A DNA stretch of 32,000 nt from Nostoc sp. PCC 7120 = FACHB-418 (lineage in GTDB: Bacteria; Cyanobacteriota; Cyanobacteriia; Cyanobacteriales; Nostocaceae). The stretch lies in the NCBI RefSeq assembly GCF_000009705.1, contig NC_003272.1, positions 1,950,001 to 1,982,000 on the forward strand, read 5' to 3'. The translations under genes were made by a program, and so were the position numbers. Below the pieces are notes generated by a model, which was not told the origin of the DNA, searched no databases, and was given only the letters and a program-made list of their open reading frames with translations. Shown here piece after piece: positions 25,344 to 32,000 of the stretch (position 1 is the first letter of the stretch; every line of letters begins with the position of its first letter).

Positions 25344-25440
25344 ATTCATCCTGGGGCAATATTTCCTGCGTAATTAAGACCTAAGGAGATGATAGTGATA
25401 ATAACCTTCAAATACTGCTTTAGGAAAGAAAATAGTTAAT

Positions 25441-26973
25441 ATGCAAGATACCAATCCTGCTTCATGTTCATCACCGGAAGAAACTCTAGAGATTGCTGCC
25501 TCCTCTGTTGAACAGAATAAAACTCCTAAAAGCTCTTTGAGGTTTTCTTGGGGATTATGCCTAAGTAGCCTACTCTTGTTGGGATTGGGTTTTTGGCTGG
25601 GTTCAATTCGTCAAACAGTAGAACCCATTAGTTCCGCAATGGCAGAAAATCAAAATTTCCTGCCCGTTGAAGTGGATAATCTAGTTGCTGCCAGTTCCTA
25701 TCAGCAGTCTCGTACCTATACCGGAGAAATTGTTGCCCAAAATACTAGTAATTTAGGATTTGAACGGGCTGGTAAAGTTGTCCAACTTGCGGTAGAAGCA
25801 GGACAATGGGTGAGTGCAGGCACTCCCTTAGCCCGTTTAGATACCAGTCAGTTGATGGCTCAAAAGCAAGAATTATTTGCTCAAAAGCAACAGGCTCTGT
25901 TCCAATTGAGAGAGTTGCAAGCTGGGCCGAGGGCAGAAACCATTGATACAGCGAGAGCTAAACTAGCACAAGAACAGGCGCTACTCAAGGAAATGCAATC
26001 AGGGCCTCGGATACAAACGATCGCCTCAGCAAGGGCTAATGTCAATAATTTACAGGAACAGTTAGAATTAGCACGCTCTAAAAGTAAGCGGCGAGAAGCC
26101 CTTTATAATCAAGGAGCGATCGCTCGTGAACAATTTGACGAAGCGATTACCGATGTTAATAGTCAACAAGCCAGGGTAAAACAAGCCCAAAGTCAACTGG
26201 ATGAATTATTAGCCGGAACTCGCTCAGAAGTGATTACTGCTCAACAGGCTAGGGTAAAACAAGCCCAAAGTCAGCTCAATGAATTATTAGCCGGAACTCG
26301 TTCAGAAGTGATTGAGGCTCAAAAAGCCGCCCTCAAACAATTACAAAGCCGTCTAGCCAGTTTAGAGCTTGATTTAGAAAAAAGTGTTCTCAAAGCTCCT
26401 TTTTCTGGTAAAGTTTCTCAGCGTTATCTTGATCTAGGCACAGCCGTTTCTAGTGGACAAGCGATCGTCCGTCTGGTTCAAGTAGAACAGGTGAAAGCCC
26501 ATATAGGCATTCCTGCATCCCTCACCTCTCAAATTAAAATCGGGGAAGTTCAATCAATACAGGTGGGTCAAAAATCCTATCGGGCAAAGGTTGATTCCTT
26601 CTTACCAGAACTAGACAAAGCTACTCGTACCATAACCGTAGTTTTAAAATTGGAAGATGCTGCCAGTAAAACTTTAACAGCAGGGCAAATCGTCAATTGG
26701 CAACTAAAACAAAAGATATCAACTTCCGGTTATTGGCTGCCAACAACAGCATTAGTACGTGGTATACGGGGGTTGTGGTCTGTCTACATTTTAGGAACAG
26801 TTCCCGGAGGCTTTGAAGTAGAACGTCAAGATGTAGAAGTTCTTTATACTGACGGGGAACGGGTTCTGGTACGGGGAACCCTAGAAGGTAATGAACAAAT
26901 TATTACTAATGGCACAAATCGGCTGGTTCCTGGCCAAAAAGTACGTCCTATCTCATTAGGGAGTTCCAATTAA
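25441..26973 (+). CDS. HlyD-family periplasmic adaptor (membrane fusion protein) of an efflux system
   Basis: 510 aa. N-terminal TM anchor (LCLSSLLLLGLGFWLGSI). Lipoyl-like segment (GEIVAQNTSNLGFERAGKVVQL...GQWVSAGTPLARLD). A long coiled coil carries four G(P/T)RxExI repeats. The C-terminal beta-barrel/MP region includes APFSGKVSQRYLDLGTAV. Confidence 0.85.
   Translation: MQDTNPASCSSPEETLEIAASSVEQNKTPKSSLRFSWGLCLSSLLLLGLGFWLGSIRQTVEPISSAMAENQNFLPVEVDNLVAASSYQQSRTYTGEIVAQNTSNLGFERAGKVVQLAVEAGQWVSAGTPLARLDTSQLMAQKQELFAQKQQALFQLRELQAGPRAETIDTARAKLAQEQALLKEMQSGPRIQTIASARANVNNLQEQLELARSKSKRREALYNQGAIAREQFDEAITDVNSQQARVKQAQSQLDELLAGTRSEVITAQQARVKQAQSQLNELLAGTRSEVIEAQKAALKQLQSRLASLELDLEKSVLKAPFSGKVSQRYLDLGTAVSSGQAIVRLVQVEQVKAHIGIPASLTSQIKIGEVQSIQVGQKSYRAKVDSFLPELDKATRTITVVLKLEDAASKTLTAGQIVNWQLKQKISTSGYWLPTTALVRGIRGLWSVYILGTVPGGFEVERQDVEVLYTDGERVLVRGTLEGNEQIITNGTNRLVPGQKVRPISLGSSN
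26164..26319 (+). repeat. In-frame 2 x 78-bp tandem duplication inside the MFP coiled coil
   Basis: Unit 1 (26164-26241) and unit 2 (26242-26319) differ at only a few positions. The translations are QQARVKQAQSQLDELLAGTRSEVITA and QQARVKQAQSQLNELLAGTRSEVIEA. Confidence 0.9.
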
Positions 26974-26978
26974 CAATT

Positions 26979-27190
26979 CAAAATTCAAAATACCCTACGG
27001 GAAGGCTTCGCCAACAAAATTCAAAATTAAAGACAGTTGTGGTCGGTGATTTAAATCCCAATTTGATATTACGTGTAGACGTAGCGCAAAGTCTGTAGCT
27101 TGCTTCCCGCAGGGTGCGCCGACTTCCGGCAGCGTAGCGGTAGCGAGTCTGCGTTCGCTTTTAGCGTCTCGTAGAGAGCGTCACAGAACT
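26979..27190. repeat. Block of Nostoc-type dispersed repeats between the MFP and RND genes
   Basis: ccctacgggaaggcttcgccaac (26993-27015) is flanked by the 13-nt direct repeat caaaattcaaaat (26979-26991 and 27015-27027; the second copy overlaps the last base of the repeat word). A GC-rich, gtagcg-rich structured segment follows at 27075-27190 (cgtagcgcaaagtctgtagc...cagcgtagcggtagcgagtctgcg...agcgtctcgtagagagcgtc). Confidence 0.6.
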
Positions 27191-27238
27191 TTGTAAGAGA
27201 GGGGTTTTAAACCCTTGAATTTACTATAAAAATATCCT

Positions 27239-30200
27239 ATGAACAATCTTTTTTATCAGAATGTCCGGCTACTAATATTAACAGTTTTAGCGATCGCTGT
27301 TTGGGGCTTATCTTCCTTTTTTAGTTTACCTCGCATTGAAGATCCAGAAATTACTCCCCGATTTGCGGTGATTACAACGAGTTTTCCAGGTGCGGCACCA
27401 GAACGGGTCGAAACCCTAATCACCGATAAATTAGAACAATCCCTATTTGAAGTAGAAGAAATTAATAATATTGAATCCACCTCACGTCTGGGATTCTCCA
27501 GCATTACAGTTGAGTTAAACGAAACAATCAACGATGTCGATCCTGTTTGGTCACGGGTGCGGGCTAAAATCAATGATACGATTCCCCTATTGCCTTCAGG
27601 TGCCGCAACTCCTAAATTTGAACAGTCGAAACCTAAAGCTAATGCTTTAATTGTCGCTTTGACTTGGGATTTGGAATCAGCCCCAAATTATGCAATTTTA
27701 AGCCGTTGGGCGCAAGAATTAGACGATCAATTACGTTTGATTGGGGGAACAGAAAAGGTCGAGCAGTTTGGTACCCCCCAAGAAGAAATTGCCATTGAGG
27801 TTAACCCAAAACAACTAACGAATTTAGGGTTAACAATACAATCCGTATCTCAACAAATTTTACAGAGTGATGCTAAAGTTGCGGCAGGGCAACTGCGGAG
27901 CAACCAAAGTAATTTATTATTAGAAATTAATGGGGAACTTGATTCTCTTGACCGTCTTAATCGCTTATCAATTCAATTGGGTAACTCTAGCAATGTAGTA
28001 CGACTAGGAGATATTGCTCAGATTAAAAAGGGAATTTTAGATCCCCCTAGAGAATTAGCTTTAGTAAAGGGTCGTCGAGCGATCGCCATCTCTGCATTTG
28101 TTGAATCAGAACAGCGTTTGGATGCTTGGGCAGCGATCGCCAATACAACCTTGAATAAATTCCAGCAACAACTGCCAAACGGCGTTGGTCTGCAAATACT
28201 GTTTGACCAAAGTCATTACGTAGAACAGCGTCTCAACGAAGTGTTAATGAATTTAATCACTGGAGCTGTTTTGGTGGTTGGCATTACCCTATTCATGATG
28301 GGCTGGAAGTCTTCGTTAATTGTTGGTTCTGCTTTACCTCTGTCTGTTTTCATGGTCTTTGGTAGCATGAAGCTTTTAGGAGTTCCGCTACATCAAATTT
28401 CTGTGACTGGTCTGATTATTGCCTTGGGACTGTTAATTGATAACGCCATTATCGTTGTAGATGAAGTTCAAATTTATTTACGAGAAGGACTAACACCTAA
28501 AAAAGCCGTTGCTACTACTGTCCGGGAAATCTTTTCTCCCTTACTGGCATCCACATTTACCAGTGTTCTGGCTTTTGTACCGATCGCCACTGCACCTGGA
28601 GGAACGGGAGAGTTTACGGGAACTATTGGGGTAACTGTAATTCTCGCCCTAGTTAGTTCTTTATTTCTAGCTCTCACGGTGATTCCCGCTTTAGCAGGTC
28701 GGTTACATTATTGGAAACCCACACCAGCATCAGGAAGTTGGTGGCAAGTGGGTTTTTCTCACCATCACTTAGGACAACTTTACAGTTGGAGTCTGGATCG
28801 CACCTTCAGCAGACCCTTATTGAGCATAGCTTTAAGCTTGATTCTACCATTGTGGGGTTTTATCTCCTTGGCTAATCTGGAGCAGCAATTTTTCCCCCCA
28901 ACAGATCGCGGTCAATTTTATGTAAATTTTGAATTGCCCATTCAAGCTTCTTTGCAACAAACACAATCCCAAGTGACTCAAGCGCGAGAATTGATGTTAC
29001 GCCATCCCGAAATTGCCGATGTTCAATGGTTTATCGGCAAAAGTGCGCCACCTTTTTATTACAATGTGATTCAAAATCGGGAAAATTCTCCTAATTATGC
29101 TCAGGGTCTTGTCCAACTTCAGAAAAATGTCAAGTCTGGCTCTTTAATCCGAACCTTGCAACAAGAACTTGATCAAGCCTTTCCCGCAGCCCAAATTATT
29201 GTCCGACAGTTAGAACAAGGTCCACCTTTTGACGCACCCATTGAACTGCGAGTTTATGGATCTGATTTAGATCGATTGCGAGAGTTAGGAGATCAACTGC
29301 GAGCTGAATTAGCCAAAACACCCAATGTCATCCATACCCGCGCTAATTTAACGGAAACCTTACCGAAGTTGGCATTAAATCTAGATGAAGAACAACTGCG
29401 TTTAGCAGGATTAGACAAAACCGCCGTTGCTAGACAATTGGACACCAATTTAGAGGGAATCGTCGGGGGTTCGATTTTCGAGGGGACGGAAGAATTGCCA
29501 GTAAGGGTGCGTAGTTTAGAATCACAACGAGGGAATTTAGGGGATATTGCTTCATCAACCCTTTTATCTCCAGAAAACTCAAATCAGTCCGGTAATAGGG
29601 TTGTTCCCTTGTCTGCTGTAGGAAATTTGGAAATTGTTCCAGATGTGGTGACGATTTCTCGTCGCAACGGCAAAAGAGTTAATACTGTACAGGGTTTTAT
29701 TCCAGCAGGAATGCTAGCAGCTCAGGTACAGACTGACTTTCAAGATCGTTTAACAGCAAGTAACTTTACCCTACCCTCTGGTTATTCTTGGGATTTTGGC
29801 GGAGAAGAAGGGGAACGGGGTGATGCTTTAAGTAACCTCATCTCTACCGTTGGGGTGTTAATGATTATGATGATCGCCAGTTTAGTTCTAACTTTTAGTT
29901 CTTTTCGCCTGGCAAGCATTATCCTAGTGGTTGCTATTTTATCGATGGGTTTAGGATTGGGATCGTTAGCTTTGTTTAATTATCCTTTTGGATTTACGGC
30001 AATTTTAGGCATGATTGGTCTGATGGGCGTTGCAGTCAATGATTCAATTGTGGTTCTGAGTTCCCTTAATCATGACCCCAAAGCCCGTCAAGGCGATCGC
30101 CATGCAGCCAGAAAAGTAGTCATCCGTTCCACCCGTCATGTCATTGCAACTACTTTAACCACTATTATTGGATTTACCCCCCTATTATTAGATGCCAGTG

Positions 30201-30343
30201 GTTTTTGGCCACCGCTTGCCATTACCATTGTCGGCGGGTTAGGAGGAGCTACTTTAATTGCTTTATATTTTGTCCCTTCTGTATATTTGTTGCTGCAACG
30301 CTCATTAACTAAGGAGTCAAGAAAAAATAACTTGAACAATTAG
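27239..30343 (+). CDS. RND-family efflux permease (AcrB/CzcA-like, 12-TM architecture)
   Basis: 1034 aa. The N-terminus has a TM helix followed by a periplasmic loop (LPRIEDPEITPRFAVITTSFPGAAPERVETLITDKLEQ). Two hydrophobic six-helix blocks lie at about residues 335-490 and 860-1020, with GLLIDNAIIVVDE and MGVAVNDSIVV motifs. Confidence 0.9.
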   Translation: MNNLFYQNVRLLILTVLAIAVWGLSSFFSLPRIEDPEITPRFAVITTSFPGAAPERVETLITDKLEQSLFEVEEINNIESTSRLGFSSITVELNETINDVDPVWSRVRAKINDTIPLLPSGAATPKFEQSKPKANALIVALTWDLESAPNYAILSRWAQELDDQLRLIGGTEKVEQFGTPQEEIAIEVNPKQLTNLGLTIQSVSQQILQSDAKVAAGQLRSNQSNLLLEINGELDSLDRLNRLSIQLGNSSNVVRLGDIAQIKKGILDPPRELALVKGRRAIAISAFVESEQRLDAWAAIANTTLNKFQQQLPNGVGLQILFDQSHYVEQRLNEVLMNLITGAVLVVGITLFMMGWKSSLIVGSALPLSVFMVFGSMKLLGVPLHQISVTGLIIALGLLIDNAIIVVDEVQIYLREGLTPKKAVATTVREIFSPLLASTFTSVLAFVPIATAPGGTGEFTGTIGVTVILALVSSLFLALTVIPALAGRLHYWKPTPASGSWWQVGFSHHHLGQLYSWSLDRTFSRPLLSIALSLILPLWGFISLANLEQQFFPPTDRGQFYVNFELPIQASLQQTQSQVTQARELMLRHPEIADVQWFIGKSAPPFYYNVIQNRENSPNYAQGLVQLQKNVKSGSLIRTLQQELDQAFPAAQIIVRQLEQGPPFDAPIELRVYGSDLDRLRELGDQLRAELAKTPNVIHTRANLTETLPKLALNLDEEQLRLAGLDKTAVARQLDTNLEGIVGGSIFEGTEELPVRVRSLESQRGNLGDIASSTLLSPENSNQSGNRVVPLSAVGNLEIVPDVVTISRRNGKRVNTVQGFIPAGMLAAQVQTDFQDRLTASNFTLPSGYSWDFGGEEGERGDALSNLISTVGVLMIMMIASLVLTFSSFRLASIILVVAILSMGLGLGSLALFNYPFGFTAILGMIGLMGVAVNDSIVVLSSLNHDPKARQGDRHAARKVVIRSTRHVIATTLTTIIGFTPLLLDASGFWPPLAITIVGGLGGATLIALYFVPSVYLLLQRSLTKESRKNNLNN

Positions 30344-30386
30344 TTTATTGTTCTTGGCTTAATTTGATAGTTCTAGATATATACAA

Positions 30387-30416
30387 AGTGTGGGCTTACA
30401 TCTGTAAGCCCACACT
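30387..30416 (+). terminator. Candidate rho-independent terminator after the RND gene
   Basis: agtgtgggcttaca (30387-30400) and tgtaagcccacact (30403-30416) form a perfect 14-bp inverted repeat followed by tacagtatttt, 44 nt after the stop codon. Confidence 0.6.
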
Positions 30417-30446
30417 TACAGTATTTTCGGCTGCTATGATACCAAT

Positions 30447-30689
30447 TCACAAAATATTTGAGACAGTCGCTACGTTGATACGCATCTGTTGCATTTTTTT
30501 CGGGAAATGGTATGAGGTACAGTAGCAACAATTAGCAAACCAGTTTCTTAAATGTCGAGGATTTATTAAGTCGTGTGCAACTGATATTAGTTTATCAAGC
30601 ATTTCTGTTGTAGTTGGAGAAAAACTGCGTAAGAAAGATTTGAGTTGTGACCACCATAATTCGATTGGATTAAAAAATAATCCACTCAT
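30447..30689 (-). pseudogene. 3' remnant of an IS630/Tc1-mariner-type transposase
   Basis: The 80-aa ORF contains FNPIELWWSQLKSFLRSF, the conserved NPIE-xxW-xxLK block just after the last catalytic acidic residue of IS630-family transposases. An in-frame stop lies immediately upstream of the ATG, and no DDE core is present. Confidence 0.6.
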
Positions 30690-30941
30690 TACTCATTTAA
30701 TTTGGTTCACCGATGATGACACCAAAATTGTATGAATAAAAAATAGGTCAATCTCATCAAAGTCAACACCCTACCTACCCCTACACCCTTAAGTTTTCTC
30801 CTACCTTGCTTCTGCTCAAATGGCAATGCTGTTTTATGCAATTTCAAATGTCGTTAATTGCTTGTATGTCAAGAATAACCGTGATAATTTAGACTGTACT
30901 TAAGTGAAAATACTTGTGCGTTAATTGTTAATTTCAAGAAT

Positions 30942-32000
30942 GTGAAAAATATTGACTTAGGCAGAAATGATACGCGAATCAAAGCAAAATTTCCCTTTTC
31001 TAGATTATTTCTGCTACTAACCTTAATTAGCGTTCCTGGTGTCGCGTCTGCCCAATCTACACCACCAGCAGGGGTGACAATTCCCCCAACTACACCAGAA
31101 ACTATTGACCAAACTATCCCTAAATCGTCCCCTAGTCCTGCTACTCCCACTCCTCCTTCTCCTACTACTACACCTATCCTTCCTGTGCCTCCTGTGCCAA
31201 CACCATCGGATGTTAATTCTCCTATTGGTGAAAGCTTTTTAGTCAAAAAAATCGAAGTTTTGGGGGCTACAGTCTTAAAAAATGAAATCGCCAAGTTGAT
31301 TGAACCATTCGAGAAGCGTCAAGTTACTTTTGCAGATTTAATTCAACTACGTTCAGATATTACCGAACTCTATATTCAAAACGGTTGCATCACCAGTGGC
31401 GCATTTTTACCCAACAATCAAAATCTGACTGATGGTGTGGTGAAAATTCAGGTGGTGGAAGGGGAACTAGAGAAAATTGAGATCACTGGGTTAAGAAGTC
31501 TTCAATCAGTATACGTGCGATCGCGTCTTGCCCAAGCTACCTCCACGCCATTAAATCGCCAACGCCTAGAAGCAGCATTGCAACTATTACAACTAGACCC
31601 CGTGATTCAACGGGTAAATGCTGAGTTAAGCGCTGGCAGCACTGCTGGTAGTAATATCTTGCTGGTAAATATCACTGAAGCGCCGGCATTTCATGGGGGA
31701 GTTTTTACAGCCAATAATCAAACTCCTAGTGTTGGTTCGACTCAACTAGGGGTATTTTTGAATCATGATAACTTGCTGGGTTTTGGCGATCGCCTCGCTG
31801 CTGAATATACAATTACTGAAGGACTCAACTTGTACGATGTCAGTTACACAATTCCTCTAAATGGCAATAATGACACATTGAGCTTTCGGGTGAATAATGC
31901 CAATAGTCGCATTATTACAGACGATTTCCGCGATTTGAACATTAGAAGCGAAACTCAAACCTATTCTCTCAGTTATCGTCATCCTCTCTACCGCCAACCC
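30942..32000 (+). CDS. ShlB/FhaC/HecB-family (TpsB) outer-membrane secretion/activation protein; partial, continues past the right window edge
   Basis: Not in the ORF track: it has a non-ATG start and runs off the edge. The frame is open from 30888, and the first plausible start is GTG at 30942. My translation begins (M)KNIDLGRNDTRIKAKFPFSRLFLLLTLISVPGVASAQ, a signal peptide. A Pro/Thr-rich linker follows, then POTRA-like FLVKKIEVLGATVLKNEIAKLIEPFEKRQVTFADLIQLRSDITELYIQNGCITSGAFLPNNQNLTDGVVKIQVVEGELEKIEITG...LNRQRLEAALQLLQLDPVIQRVNAELSAGSTAGSNILLVNITEA. Confidence 0.8.
   Translation, partial: MKNIDLGRNDTRIKAKFPFSRLFLLLTLISVPGVASAQSTPPAGVTIPPTTPETIDQTIPKSSPSPATPTPPSPTTTPILPVPPVPTPSDVNSPIGESFLVKKIEVLGATVLKNEIAKLIEPFEKRQVTFADLIQLRSDITELYIQNGCITSGAFLPNNQNLTDGVVKIQVVEGELEKIEITGLRSLQSVYVRSRLAQATSTPLNRQRLEAALQLLQLDPVIQRVNAELSAGSTAGSNILLVNITEAPAFHGGVFTANNQTPSVGSTQLGVFLNHDNLLGFGDRLAAEYTITEGLNLYDVSYTIPLNGNNDTLSFRVNNANSRIITDDFRDLNIRSETQTYSLSYRHPLYRQP

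Noticed and set aside
27256-30339. Antisense ORFs within the RND gene (27256-27573, 28474-28677, 30136-30339)
   Set aside because: Shadow ORFs opposite a full-length RND permease.
30869-31294. 141-aa minus-strand ORF with a Gly/Val-rich translation
   Set aside because: It is the antisense image of the Pro/Thr-rich linker of the plus-strand TpsB gene. The plus frame stays open to the window end and carries POTRA-like sequence.
1-32000. CRISPR arrays, tRNA/rRNA genes, prophage, or toxin-antitoxin/defence modules
   Set aside because: I saw no regularly spaced direct repeats, no cloverleaf-compatible segments, and no ORFs with the corresponding motifs in any frame.

Overview
The window looks cyanobacterial, probably a heterocystous Nostocales-type genome. 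HIP1 (GCGATCGC) sites are frequent (e.g. 1529-1536, 2838-2845), Nostoc-style dispersed repeats and MITEs are present, and one PKS resembles HglE/PfaA. Positions 1-20363 (minus strand) hold an orphan hybrid PKS/NRPS cluster. In transcription order it encodes a PAS-AraC regulator, a free ACP, a KS-AT-KR-ACP PKS, and a KS-AT-ACP-C-PCP hybrid. These are followed by an A-C NRPS protein with no carrier domain and a probable terminator. An HglE/PfaA-like KS-AT-ACP gene comes next; its ketoreductase is broken into two further ORFs, and the last one runs off the left edge. No TE or R release domain, loading enzyme, PPTase, DH or ER is visible. Positions 20364-22328 are a ~2 kb non-coding, repeat-rich divergent spacer. 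Positions 22329-30343 (plus strand) encode three signal-peptide/PEP-CTERM proteins (two are paralogs), a HlyD-type membrane fusion protein carrying a 78-bp in-frame tandem duplication, and an RND permease. An IS630-type transposase relic and the 5' part of a TpsB/ShlB-type outer-membrane secretion protein close the window. The most interesting observations are: (1) a 33-nt element shared, in the same gene-relative orientation and at similar spacing, by the upstream regions of the HglE-like gene and the PEP-CTERM/efflux gene set; (2) a permuted NRPS module (C-PCP | A-C) with a serine-like specificity code; (3) the split ketoreductase with an A8 tract at the gene junction. Domain calls come from motifs read in the translations. 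No database search was possible.
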